Shown here: in pieces, positions 1 through 9,000 of the stretch | How the letters are laid out: every line of letters starts with the position of its first letter | Numbering within the stretch: position 1 is the first letter of the stretch | From: Candidatus Latescibacterota bacterium | GTDB taxonomy: Bacteria; Latescibacterota; UBA2968 | Assembly (NCBI GenBank): GCA_038279365.1 | Contig: JAYODI010000033.1 | Span: forward strand, 2,940-41,264 | Length of the DNA: 38,325 nt | Reading direction: 5' to 3' | Notes under the pieces: model-generated | What the model was told of the DNA's origin: nothing | Database searches by the model: none | What the model saw: only the letters and a program-made list of their open reading frames with translations | Program-made: the position numbers and the translations under genes

Positions 1-350
1 TCAACAGCACTACCGGTTGATACACTTGAAGCAAACAATGTATCAACAAAACGACCATTCAAACCGAGCGAGTCGGCAGAAAAGGAACCAGTTGTCAACG
101 AAGACGTGTTACGAGGCGCAAGCGTATCTGCACGCAACGCCACAATTACGGTATCAAGGCCAGGTGCCAAGCTCTTAGTGCGAAGCACATTGACCTTAAT
201 TGTTTTTGAAATGCCCACCCATGTCGCACTATCTGGCGACACAATACGAACACGAACGCCTCTTGGGGCAGCTTCTTGGGCAAACGAATTGTTCGCACCG
301 AAAGAAAGAAGCAAACCAGCTAAAAGGCACAGAGTCTTTTTAAAACGCAT
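1..350 (-). CDS. Partial CDS (runs off the window start): secreted protein with signal peptide, possibly a major surface protein
   Basis: Manual translation from ATG at 350 gives MRFKKTLCLLAGLLLSFGANNSFAQEAAPRGVRVRIVSPDSATWVGISK..., open to position 1. SD GAGGAGG at 359-365. Basic N-region, hydrophobic core, S-F-A|Q cleavage site. Absent from the ORF track because the stop lies outside the window. Confidence 0.9.
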   Translation of the reverse strand, partial: MRFKKTLCLLAGLLLSFGANNSFAQEAAPRGVRVRIVSPDSATWVGISKTIKVNVLRTKSLAPGLDTVIVALRADTLAPRNTSSLTTGSFSADSLGLNGRFVDTLFASSVSTGSAV

Positions 351-817
351 CTTATCGACCTCCTCAAACCAATAGGATCGATACAATATCACATTGATTG
401 ATTTATTGGAAATTATTCACTTTAAACTACTAATTATTAAAAACATTCTGTCCATTCCTTATCCAAACCACAAATGACTCAAAAAAACAACAACTTACGG
501 GGTGAGAGCCATAACAAAATCTGATTTGAAGTTTGAAATACACAGATACTACAACAACAATTTTAACTTACGATACCATCCCTCCCTTCCTCAGGATTTT
601 TACTTTCTTAAACATCTTTAACTTTCTGTTTTTAAAAAATTTGCAATAAACATACACATTACAAACTGCCCCGCGACACCTCCTTCCACACCAAAAGCCC
701 TAAATACAACGCGTCTTTTAAAAATGCCAAAACGCGTAGCAAGGGCACATCACTTATACCTCGTGAGTCATTTTAAATATTCAAGCCACAATATAGTCTC
801 TCACAGGTTACAAAGAT
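351..817 (-). promoter_or_regulatory. Long (~465 nt) putative structured 5' leader
   Basis: Spans predicted promoter to ATG350. Hairpins at 697-746 and ~638-666; long-range complementarities 792-804/502-513 and 764-773/472-481; several SD-like purine tracts. Confidence 0.55.
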
Positions 818-823
818 GGACTA

Positions 824-852
824 AGTATATGCAATCAAAAACTCTGTGTCAA
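824..852 (-). promoter_or_regulatory. sigma70-type promoter
   Basis: Minus strand TTGACA (852-847) - 17 nt - TATACT (829-824). Confidence 0.8.
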
Positions 853-914
853 GTTTTTTTTAAGTGCAATTAGGGCATGTCAATGACGTCCAAATGACCA
901 TTTTACATGTATTT

Positions 915-1520
915 TCATCGATTTTGAAGTGTCAGTTCCAACCGATCTATTTCGTCTCTTAACTGAGCTGCTTCCTCATATTCTTCACGGGCAACAACGT
1001 CCTGTAATTTTGCCCTCAACACCATCACGCGCTGTTCAGTAAGGTCAGAACTTGTTTCTTCTGCTCCAATTAACGCTTCTTCTTTGTCTACATATGCCAC
1101 ATCTGTTTCTTGTATGTTATTTTCTATAGGCAGTGCCGCCTCGGCAATGACACTATCTGCAACAAATATAGGGGCTTTTATCCGTAAAGCCAAGGCAATG
1201 GCATCACTCGGGCGAGAATCAAGGCGCAAACGTGCTTCACCTTTTATAAGCTCAATCTCAGCATAAAATGTTTCTTCTTTGAGCGTATGAATCAAAATCT
1301 GCCCGACCTTGACATCAAACCCATCCAAAACAGACCCCAACAAATCATAGGCAATCGGGCGTGGCGGTGGATCGTTATATAATGCCATAAAAATGGCAGT
1401 TGCTTCAAAATTACCAATTGCAATAGGCAAGTAAAAACGTTGTGTTTTATCTTGCAACCAAACCAAAGGGTGGTTGCTATTAGGCTCAGGCTGGACCGCT
1501 ACCACTTCCATTTCAACCAT
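915..1520 (-). CDS. Bifunctional nuclease family (DUF151) protein with C-terminal UVR coiled coil
   Basis: LPIAIGNFEA, PPRP, DSRPSDAIALALR motifs; C-terminal EEYEEAAQLRDEI UVR motif. Confidence 0.92.
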   Translation of the reverse strand: MVEMEVVAVQPEPNSNHPLVWLQDKTQRFYLPIAIGNFEATAIFMALYNDPPPRPIAYDLLGSVLDGFDVKVGQILIHTLKEETFYAEIELIKGEARLRLDSRPSDAIALALRIKAPIFVADSVIAEAALPIENNIQETDVAYVDKEEALIGAEETSSDLTEQRVMVLRAKLQDVVAREEYEEAAQLRDEIDRLELTLQNR

Positions 1521-1653
1521 GGTATAAGACCTTCCTCTACAATAGATACGTAATTATAAATATACCTACAATTACCAAATACGTCACGATTTAATATAGA
1601 TTGAATAACAAATAAAAATCAAGCGAAAATTAGGCTTTATATAGTAAGAAAAC

Positions 1654-1682
1654 TTGTCAATAAAATCCTGCCATATTAGATT
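1654..1682 (+). promoter_or_regulatory. Possible sigma70 promoter for 1751 gene
   Basis: TTGTCA-17-TAGATT in an AT-rich divergent intergenic region. Confidence 0.45.
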
Positions 1683-1750
1683 ATATATTGATATAAATCG
1701 ACACCCTTCCAACTGAAATGCTTGATCATCCCCAACCTAAGGATTTATAG

Positions 1751-2701
1751 ATGAAACAACGATTCGCTCTTTTTTTTCTTAGCCTGATGTATTTACCCCC
1801 AACTATCATATCCGCTGGCCCACCCTTGCTAAATTATCAAGGACAACTCACTTCAAAAAATAATGAAACACTTGCCAACCCCATAACCATCCTATTTGCG
1901 ATTTACGACACCCCCGACGCGGGCCAACCCCTGTGGCAAGAAACGAAACTCATCACACATAACAACGGCATCTTTCACACACTTTTAGGAAGTGATTCTC
2001 CCATACCCCCCAATTTATTCTCAGAAGACAATCGATATTTAGAAATTCGCCTTGAAAATGAATCTGCTCTCCAACCCAGACAACGCATTGTCAGCGTGGC
2101 ATATGCGATTTCAGCCAATAATGCAACAGGTGCGATAACCCCGAAAAGTCTTACCATCGGATCTACAAAAATCGATACCACAGGTACCGTCACAACATCG
2201 CACCTAACAACAGACAGTTTAACCATCGGGCAAAAGGGCGTTATTAATCGTCTTGGGCAATGGACAGGTGACCCCATATACGTGCAAATGCCAGGTATGG
2301 TTTTGGACACCATTATCGTAAAAAATTTTCAAGATTCATTGTCTTTTGGCTCTGTTGCCTGGACAGATATCGATGGATCATCTGATGTATTCACCATATT
2401 CATCAACATCAAAAAATCCACATTTCTCGATATCGAATTTCATACAACAACATCGACCATAGGTGGCACCATCGCAACACGATTGGTCGTTGAACCCATC
2501 GACCCCAAAAATAATCCATTGGAAAATGTCAGCAATATTTCCCGATTTGTGCCCCATAACACATCAGACGTTGGTAGCCTCAGCAATCAGGGTGTTGTAA
2601 AAGTAACACCAGGATTATACCGTGTTTTTGTGCAAGGTCGTATAGAGGGATTGGGTAATTTTCAAACAGGCATATTAACAGTGCGCGCATACAGCAAATA
2701 A
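1751..2701 (+). CDS. Secreted fibre-like protein (N-terminal YQG...PRxxIxSVxYA domain, short beta shaft, beta-sandwich head)
   Basis: Signal peptide; LNYQGQL...LWQET...NGIFHTLLG...PRQRIVSVAYA, the N-terminal domain I recognise from cellular tail-fibre/collagen-like secreted proteins; SLTIG repeated twice; beta-rich C-terminus. Confidence 0.7.
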   Translation: MKQRFALFFLSLMYLPPTIISAGPPLLNYQGQLTSKNNETLANPITILFAIYDTPDAGQPLWQETKLITHNNGIFHTLLGSDSPIPPNLFSEDNRYLEIRLENESALQPRQRIVSVAYAISANNATGAITPKSLTIGSTKIDTTGTVTTSHLTTDSLTIGQKGVINRLGQWTGDPIYVQMPGMVLDTIIVKNFQDSLSFGSVAWTDIDGSSDVFTIFINIKKSTFLDIEFHTTTSTIGGTIATRLVVEPIDPKNNPLENVSNISRFVPHNTSDVGSLSNQGVVKVTPGLYRVFVQGRIEGLGNFQTGILTVRAYSK

Positions 2702-3094
2702 TTAACCAGTAAATGCCGCAGCAAAAAGCAAAAAATCGGAAAAACCTACTTCGCCATCGCCATTTAAATCCAGCGCGACATTATATCCTGCATCTGACTG
2801 ACGGTGCCCAAATCCATTGGCAAAAATGATAAAGTCCGAAAAATTAACAACACCATCGCCATTAAAGTCTGCCGGTATTTTGGAGAGTTGTGATTGAGAA
2901 ACAAGCCCAACAGAAAGGCTATGAATATTGTTAGACATGACACCTGTTTGCAATCCCATATCCAAAGAGCCCACCAATATAATACGGGCTGGGATGGCTT
3001 GTTTATGACGAACACCATTCATCAATGTATCAGCCTGCAAGTTTTGAATTACTAAAAAAAATAACAATATTATAATACAATAATATTTCATCAT
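2702..3094 (-). CDS. Small secreted protein with C-terminal dockerin-like/EF-hand pair
   Basis: Start reassigned to ATG 3094 (AGGA upstream, then signal peptide MMKYYCIIILLFFLVIQNLQA). Duplicated Ca-binding loops DFNGDGVVNFSDF and DLNGDGEVGFSDF. Confidence 0.85.
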   Translation of the reverse strand: MMKYYCIIILLFFLVIQNLQADTLMNGVRHKQAIPARIILVGSLDMGLQTGVMSNNIHSLSVGLVSQSQLSKIPADFNGDGVVNFSDFIIFANGFGHRQSDAGYNVALDLNGDGEVGFSDFLLFAAAFTG

Positions 3095-3113
3095 AAAGTT
3101 CCTACCAGAAATC

Positions 3114-3142
3114 TTGACAGATGGAATAGGGCAATGTATCAT
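3114..3142 (+). promoter_or_regulatory. sigma70-type promoter for FGE gene
   Basis: TTGACA-17-TATCAT. Confidence 0.7.
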
Positions 3143-3212
3143 GCTGTCTAAAGGTAAGAAATATTGGCAACCAATCAAATTCTATTTATAAAAATACTCA
3201 GTAGGAGTGCCC

Positions 3213-4160
3213 ATGTCATCACCATGTTGTGGTGCCCAACGCCCCAAAACATCTACAAAACGTATATCCAAAAAACACCGGTCTAAATCGCGCAAAGACA
3301 CTTCTCTCAAAGGCATGGTATTGATTCCTGGTGGCACATTCAGAATGGGAACCAATGATGCTGAAGGCTTTCCAGAAGATGGAGAAGGACCCATTCGCCC
3401 AGTCACGATTAAATCTTTCTACTTAGACAGTTGCGCTGTAACAAATGCACAATTTTCCAAATTTGTCACTGCAACAAAATACAAAACGGAAGCCGAATTA
3501 TTTGGCTGGTCGTTTGTTTTTCATTTGCTGGTATCTGTAGAAAACGCCAAAAATATTTCACAGACCGTCATTGACACACCATGGTGGTGGGCCGTAGAAG
3601 GTGCGTCTTGGCATCAACCAGAAGGCCCCAAATCGCATATCAAAACCCGATGGAACCATCCTGTCATACATATCTCTTGGAATGATGCTGTTGCCTATTG
3701 TGATTGGGCAGGCAAACGATTGCCCACAGAAGCCGAATGGGAACGAGCCGCCAGAGGCGGACACGAAGATTTACGTTACCCTTGGGGAAACGATCTCACG
3801 CCCAACAACCAACATCTGTGTAATATTTGGCAAGGAAAATTCCCAGACACCAATACCAAAGAAGACGGATATATAGGAACAGCACCCGTTATGTCGTTTC
3901 CGCCCAATGCATATGGCCTTTATAATGTATCGGGAAATGTATGGGAATGGTGTGCCGATTGGTTTAGCCCAGACCACCACATCAGCAACACACAAGAAAA
4001 TCCAAAAGGCCCCTCGCTTGGACAGTCTCGCGTGATGCGAGGTGGTTCATATTTATGCCATGAATCCTATTGCAATCGTTATCGCGTAGCTGCTCGCAGT
4101 GCCAATACACCAGACAGCTCAACAGGCAACCTTGGTTTCCGATGTGCCCGCGATGCTTAA
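3213..4160 (+). CDS. Formylglycine-generating enzyme (FGE/SUMF1, sulfatase maturase)
   Basis: [15 protein letters not shown] and the catalytic [20 protein letters not shown]ys motif; AGGAG before ATG 3213. Confidence 0.93.
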   Translation: MSSPCCGAQRPKTSTKRISKKHRSKSRKDTSLKGMVLIPGGTFRMGTNDAEGFPEDGEGPIRPVTIKSFYLDSCAVTNAQFSKFVTATKYKTEAELFGWSFVFHLLVSVENAKNISQTVIDTPWWWAVEGASWHQPEGPKSHIKTRWNHPVIHISWNDAVAYCDWAGKRLPTEAEWERAARGGHEDLRYPWGNDLTPNNQHLCNIWQGKFPDTNTKEDGYIGTAPVMSFPPNAYGLYNVSGNVWEWCADWFSPDHHISNTQENPKGPSLGQSRVMRGGSYLCHESYCNRYRVAARSANTPDSSTGNLGFRCARDA

Positions 4161-4180
4161 AGCCAAAAAAGGAGCTTCAA

Positions 4181-4441
4181 ATGAATAAAAACCGCCTAAC
4201 CACACTCTTTGTCATAGGTCTTTTTTTAGGAATTTTTATCTTAGGAAATTATGCCACAGCGCAAACCGCAAGCAAAGTACAACAATGGGAATATACCTTA
4301 TTAAAACACAGCCCACATCTTACAGAAACAGGTACAGACTTTAAAGAAATTCAAGCAATAGGAAAAGAGGGTTGGCAATTGGCCTCTTCCTATACTTTAA
4401 GAGGAGAAGTTGTCATATCCATTTTTAAACGACCCAAATAA
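4181..4441 (+). CDS. Small membrane-anchored/secreted DUF4177-like protein
   Basis: AAGGAG SD; hydrophobic N-terminus; WEY...GKEGWQL...FKRP motif. Confidence 0.7.
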   Translation: MNKNRLTTLFVIGLFLGIFILGNYATAQTASKVQQWEYTLLKHSPHLTETGTDFKEIQAIGKEGWQLASSYTLRGEVVISIFKRPK

Positions 4442-4457
4442 AGAAACCTAAAAACAT

Positions 4458-4501
4458 AAAAAAAGGTGCGGAAAGACCTCAGTCCTCCCGCACCTTTTTT
4501 T
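4458..4501. terminator. Bidirectional intrinsic terminator
   Basis: A-tract, AGGTGCGG...CCGCACCT stem, T-tract, between convergent genes. Confidence 0.85.
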
Positions 4502-4514
4502 ATTATATACACAC

Positions 4515-4958
4515 TTACTCTTTCACAACCCAAACCTTTATTTTTGCTTCTACCTCAGGATGCAAGCGCAAAGCAACATCGTAAACCCCCAAGGCGCGAA
4601 TAGGCTCTTCGAGTTGTACGATACGTCGATCAATATCAAACCCTTGCTCTTTCAGCAAATCAGCAATTTGTTGCGCAGTTACTGAGCCAAAAATACGATC
4701 GCCTTCACCTGCAGTAACAGGCACATTGCAAGAAACTTTTCCCAAAGCTTCAGACAGCACTTCCGCTTCGCGTTTGGCACGAGAGCGTTGCTCATCCCGT
4801 TGGCGTCTTACCTCTTTATAAACCGCCATATTACCTTTATTGGCAATAAGTGCCAATTGGCGAGGCAACAGAAAATTTCGGGCAAAACCATCTTTAACCG
4901 CCACAATTTCACCAGCGTCGCCCAACCGATCAACGTCTTCTGTTAGAATAACCTTCAT
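4515..4958 (-). CDS. rplI: 50S ribosomal protein L9
   Basis: MKVIL...LGDAGEIVAVKDGFARNFLLP; FGSVT; PIRALG. Confidence 0.98.
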   Translation of the reverse strand: MKVILTEDVDRLGDAGEIVAVKDGFARNFLLPRQLALIANKGNMAVYKEVRRQRDEQRSRAKREAEVLSEALGKVSCNVPVTAGEGDRIFGSVTAQQIADLLKEQGFDIDRRIVQLEEPIRALGVYDVALRLHPEVEAKIKVWVVKE

Positions 4959-5006
4959 GATTCCATTCCTATCACTTTAAGAGAACAAAAACACCATTCA
5001 AATATT

Positions 5007-5231
5007 CTACTTAACGGCATCTGCCACATAAGGCATCAATGCAATTTGACGTGCACGTTTAATCTCACGCACCAAAACACGTTGATGGCGCGCACAAGTA
5101 CCCGTCATACGACGCGGTATAATTTTGCCTCGCTCAGTTACAAACCGGCGCAAAATGCGTTCACTCTTATAGTCATATACCAATGCTTTATCTTCGCAAA
5201 AACGACAAACCTTTACGCGTCCCCGATTCAT
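5007..5231 (-). CDS. rpsR: 30S ribosomal protein S18 (Zn-ligand-retaining form)
   Basis: CRFC...DYK...[19 protein letters not shown]...IKRAR. Confidence 0.98.
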   Translation of the reverse strand: MNRGRVKVCRFCEDKALVYDYKSERILRRFVTERGKIIPRRMTGTCARHQRVLVREIKRARQIALMPYVADAVK

Positions 5232-5608
5232 TCCGAATCCTCCTCTGTATCATCAGAATCCAAATCATCTTCATCCGATTCATCATCTAAATCAGCCGCA
5301 CTTGTTTTTTTGGCTTCAAAACCACCAGGAACAGTAATGATGAGATGACGTAAAATCGTGTCGTCAAGACGACAGGCACGATCTATTTCTCCAATGACTG
5401 CAGGCTCTGCATGAAATTGAACAAATGTATAATCACCCTGCTGACGCTTACGAATATCATAAGCCAACTTACGGGCACCCCATCGGTCAACATTGAAAAT
5501 TGTCCCATGTTCACCAACGAGGGTTTCATAACGCGCAACAATCTCATCCACACTGCCTTCGGCAAGTTGTGTATCGACGATCAGCGTCATTTCGTAATTC
5601 TTTGGCAT
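5228..5608 (-). CDS. rpsF: 30S ribosomal protein S6
   Basis: YEMTLI...[10 protein letters not shown]...ILRH; acidic tail; ATGA overlap with rpsR. Confidence 0.98.
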   Translation of the reverse strand: MPKNYEMTLIVDTQLAEGSVDEIVARYETLVGEHGTIFNVDRWGARKLAYDIRKRQQGDYTFVQFHAEPAVIGEIDRACRLDDTILRHLIITVPGGFEAKKTSAADLDDESDEDDLDSDDTEEDSE

Positions 5609-5612
5609 AAAG

Positions 5613-5658
5613 CCTCCCCTTGGACATACGGCTCAAAGAAACATGCTTTTGAGCGGGG
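5613..5658 (-). ncRNA. S6:S18 ribosomal protein leader (cis-regulatory RNA)
   Basis: CCCC-GCUCAAA[loop]UUUGAGC-CG-UAUGUCC-AA-GGGGAGG directly before rpsF: upper stem, CCG-containing internal loop, lower stem pairing with the SD. Confidence 0.75.
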
Positions 5659-5678
5659 TTTTAAAAATAAAGTTTCAT

Positions 5679-7673
5679 TTATGCCAACAAAGGTGCCAGC
5701 ACCAATGAAACCACGGACATCAGCTTAATAAGAATATTTAACGAGGGTCCCGATGTATCTTTTAAGGGATCTCCCACAGTATCTCCAACCACTGCAGCTT
5801 TGTGAGCATCAGATCCCTTACCACCCAAATGACCTTCTTCAATGAACTTTTTGGCATTATCTAATGCACCACCACTATTCGACATCATCAATGCCAACAA
5901 CACACCCGAAAGCGTCGCACCACCCAACATCCCCCCCAACGCCTCTGCCCCAAGTGCAAAACCAACCAAGGCTGGAGTCAAAACTGCAATTAAGCCAGGT
6001 AAAACCATTTCACGCAAAGCCGCCACGGTGCAAATATCCACACATCGACGGGTATCTGGCTTGGCCGTGCCTTCCATCAAGCCAGGTATTTCCCGAAATT
6101 GGCGCCTTACTTCTTCAACCATTTTAAATGCTGCATTGCCCACACTCGTCATGGTTTGTGCGGCGACAACAAATGGAATCACACCACCAATAAACAAACC
6201 AATCACCACCATAGGCTTGGTTAAATCAATAGACTCCAAACCAACCGCTACAGTATATGCAGAAAACAAAGCCAATGCCGTAAGTGCAGCAGAACCAATT
6301 GCAAAACCTTTACCAATTGCAGCTGTGGTATTGCCTAAAGAATCTAAACTATCTGTAATCTTACGCGTTTCAGGCCCTAATTCGGCCATTTCAGAAATGC
6401 CACCCGCATTATCAGCAATAGGCCCATAAGCATCTACCGCCATGGTCACACCCACTGTAGAAAGCATACCCACCGCGGCAATACCAATGCCATATAGACC
6501 CGCAAAATTGAATGCCAAACCAATGGCCGCACAAATTGCTAAAATAGGCAATGCGGCACTTTCTAAGCCGACGGCCAAACCTGCAATCATATTGGTTGCA
6601 GCACCCGTTTCTGAAGCATTGGCAATACGACGAACCGGGGGGCCACCCGTATAGTATTCGGTCATCAAGGCTATAACAATACCCGTTATACAACCCGATA
6701 AAATGGCCCAAAACACACCCTGTGACAACCCCAAAAAGCCCGTAGCCCAATACGTGCCAAGCAACATTAATACGGCAGCAATATAAGTCGCATAACGCAA
6801 TGCCGCCTCTGGGTTCATCGCTTGTAAAAGACGAATAGAACCAACACCAATAAGCGAAGCGACCAAACCGATCATGACCACAATCAATGGAAATTGCATA
6901 GCGGCCATACGAACCGTTTCAGAATTACCACCCAAGACAGTGAGCAAACCACTACCAGCAGTAGCCGCAATAGCTAAGGTTGCAATAATGGATCCCACAT
7001 AAGATTCAAAAATATCTGCCCCCATGCCCGCCACATCACCCACATTGTCACCCACATTGTCCGCAATGGTAGCTGGATTACGTGGGTCGTCTTCGGGTAT
7101 ACCCGCTTCAACTTTGCCAACCAAATCAGCACCTACATCTGCGGTTTTGGTGTAAATCCCCCCCCCAACACGCGCAAACAAAGCGATTGAACTGGCCCCC
7201 ATCGCAAAACCATTAATTACCGCAGACTGATCGGGGTGAGGATAAAAATAAAAAAGCAAGCCCACGCCAAAAAGACCCAAGCTTGCAACCGCCAACCCCA
7301 TGACGGCACCACCCGAAAAAGCAATATTTAAAGCTTTGCCTTGCCCTTCTTGATTGGCGGCAAAAGCCGTTCTGACATTCGCACGCGTTGCCGCTTGCAT
7401 ACCGATAAAACCTGCCAAAATAGAACAGATGGCACCGCACAAAAAAGCCAAAGCAGTTGCATGGTTGATGCCAAAGTATAACAAGATACTGACAACAACA
7501 ATAAACACAGCCAAAACCCGATATTCGCGCTTAAGAAAAACCATCGCACCTTCGTGGATGGCCTCTGATATGTCACGCATAAGATCTGTACCAACAGGCT
7601 GCTTCACAACGTATGCATATATAATGCCAGCAAAAAGAAGTCCTGCAGCACCTAATATAGGAGCCCAGACCAT
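5679..7673 (-). CDS. hppA: Membrane-bound pyrophosphatase, K+-dependent, probably Na+-translocating
   Basis: [47 protein letters not shown] (Ala = K+-dependent); DIFESY Glu position as in Na+-PPases. Confidence 0.95.
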   Translation of the reverse strand: MVWAPILGAAGLLFAGIIYAYVVKQPVGTDLMRDISEAIHEGAMVFLKREYRVLAVFIVVVSILLYFGINHATALAFLCGAICSILAGFIGMQAATRANVRTAFAANQEGQGKALNIAFSGGAVMGLAVASLGLFGVGLLFYFYPHPDQSAVINGFAMGASSIALFARVGGGIYTKTADVGADLVGKVEAGIPEDDPRNPATIADNVGDNVGDVAGMGADIFESYVGSIIATLAIAATAGSGLLTVLGGNSETVRMAAMQFPLIVVMIGLVASLIGVGSIRLLQAMNPEAALRYATYIAAVLMLLGTYWATGFLGLSQGVFWAILSGCITGIVIALMTEYYTGGPPVRRIANASETGAATNMIAGLAVGLESAALPILAICAAIGLAFNFAGLYGIGIAAVGMLSTVGVTMAVDAYGPIADNAGGISEMAELGPETRKITDSLDSLGNTTAAIGKGFAIGSAALTALALFSAYTVAVGLESIDLTKPMVVIGLFIGGVIPFVVAAQTMTSVGNAAFKMVEEVRRQFREIPGLMEGTAKPDTRRCVDICTVAALREMVLPGLIAVLTPALVGFALGAEALGGMLGGATLSGVLLALMMSNSGGALDNAKKFIEEGHLGGKGSDAHKAAVVGDTVGDPLKDTSGPSLNILIKLMSVVSLVLAPLLA

Positions 7674-7693
7674 ACCAATCCTCCCAAACCCGC

Positions 7694-8242
7694 TTAATTA
7701 AACCGATTCATTGCTGTTTCAATGCCCAAATGATACCAACTCAAAACACCCGCACCTGCTTTTGCCACATCTAATGCATCCAATTCTTCAGGCAAAAACA
7801 CCCCTAATACGTGTTCTATCAAATTTTGAGGGTCGGGAGGTAGACCAACACCTATCCGAAGCCGCGGAAAACACGATGAGTTGAACGCATCTACAATAGA
7901 TCGCAAACCATTATGTCCACCATGGCTGCCATCACGCCGAAAACGCAAACGACCCACATCTAAGTGAATGTCGTCTACTACAGCCAAAACATCTTCAAGA
8001 GCCAAATCAAACTTTTCAGTCAAATCAACAACGGCTTTGCCACTGCTGTTCATATATGTGGTGGGTTTAACCAAGAGCAAGCGGTCATCACTTTTAAGCG
8101 TGGACCACAAATAGGATGGCTCTTCGTGCCAAACAGCACCAGATGCCAAGTGCTCGACCACCCAGAAACCAATATTATGCCGTGTATGAACATAACGGGT
8201 GCCCGGATTGCCCAACCCAACAACAGCCTTCACCAAACGCAC
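7694..8242 (-). CDS. pth: Peptidyl-tRNA hydrolase
   Basis: [34 protein letters not shown]. Confidence 0.97.
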   Translation of the reverse strand: MRLVKAVVGLGNPGTRYVHTRHNIGFWVVEHLASGAVWHEEPSYLWSTLKSDDRLLLVKPTTYMNSSGKAVVDLTEKFDLALEDVLAVVDDIHLDVGRLRFRRDGSHGGHNGLRSIVDAFNSSCFPRLRIGVGLPPDPQNLIEHVLGVFLPEELDALDVAKAGAGVLSWYHLGIETAMNRFN

Positions 8243-8247
8243 TCCAA

Positions 8248-8901
8248 TTAAGCTTCGTCTTCGTCGTCTTTTTTGCCACGTTCAATCACTTCAGGTTCCG
8301 TGATTGCACTTTCGGATTCTTCACCATCCGTATCACGCACCACAGTAGGTGCAGCCAAGGCAAATACAGTACGTTCGGCATCAGTAATAATGGTATGTTC
8401 TGGGTTTTCTAATGTAATGTCTGACACATGCAACGAATCGCCAATACCAAGAGCCGAAACATCCACTACAACACGCTCAGGAATTTCCGTGGGTAAACAT
8501 TCTAATTCGATATGATGCAACATTTGCTCTAAAATACCACCTTCATTGCGCACACCATTGGGAATCCCTGCAGATTCTACCATCACTTCCACAACTATTT
8601 TTTGCGTTAAATCAATGCAGTGAAAATCAACATGGATCATATTTCCACGCAAAAAATCTTGTTGTAATTCTTTGACAATCGTACTTTGTGTTTGATCGCC
8701 TGTTTCCAAATTAATAATGGCATTACGACCGTGTTTGTGAAGGGCCGCTTCCAATGCCTTTGCATCTACAGAACAGGCTATGGGTGCTACTTTTGCACCA
8801 TAAACAACAGCAGGCAATTTGCCCGCAGCACGCAATCTTTTTGCAACCTGTTTGCCCACCCCAGAACGAATCTCTGCTTTTAAAATCACTTGTTCAGACA
8901 T
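8248..8901 (-). CDS. rplY: 50S ribosomal protein L25 (long Ctc form)
   Basis: RLRAAGKLPAVVYG, HVDF, IGDSLHVSD; start moved to ATG 8901 (GGAGG SD). Confidence 0.96.
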   Translation of the reverse strand: MSEQVILKAEIRSGVGKQVAKRLRAAGKLPAVVYGAKVAPIACSVDAKALEAALHKHGRNAIINLETGDQTQSTIVKELQQDFLRGNMIHVDFHCIDLTQKIVVEVMVESAGIPNGVRNEGGILEQMLHHIELECLPTEIPERVVVDVSALGIGDSLHVSDITLENPEHTIITDAERTVFALAAPTVVRDTDGEESESAITEPEVIERGKKDDEDEA

Positions 8902-8908
8902 AACAACC

Positions 8909-8965
8909 GTCCTCCATTTCGCCCACAAAAGTTGGGCTCAATACCACAACCTTCAAAGGGGAGAC
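8909..8965 (-). promoter_or_regulatory. Candidate structured rplY leader
   Basis: GUCUCC pairs with SD-containing GGAGGAC and encloses the hairpin UAUU-GA-GCCCA...UGGGC-GA-AAUG with tandem G.A. Confidence 0.45.
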
Positions 8966-9000
8966 TTAAATCACATTGTTTATTGTATTACAACAGATAT

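Noticed and set aside
106..375. 89-aa + strand ORF
   Set aside because: Shadow of the minus-strand secreted gene, which has the SD and signal peptide.
560..690. Mini-ORFs after SD-like tracts in the leader (e.g. MVS*)
   Set aside because: Poor SD spacing and 3-6 codons; cannot be supported as leader peptides.
351..820. tmRNA, RNase P, SRP or known riboswitch
   Set aside because: No tRNA-like ends, no GAGGAAAGUCC and no recognisable aptamer consensus.
1751..2701. Prophage tail gene
   Set aside because: Has a signal peptide and no phage genes, integrase or att sites nearby.
5842..6750. Long antisense and alternate-frame ORFs within hppA and other genes
   Set aside because: Shadow ORFs with no SD or recognisable motifs.
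7158..7166. G9 tract in hppA as a phase-variable site
   Set aside because: In frame and encodes the conserved GGG of GGGIYTK.
8902..9000. tRNA-Gln expected after ispE
   Set aside because: No cloverleaf or T-loop GTTCGA present.
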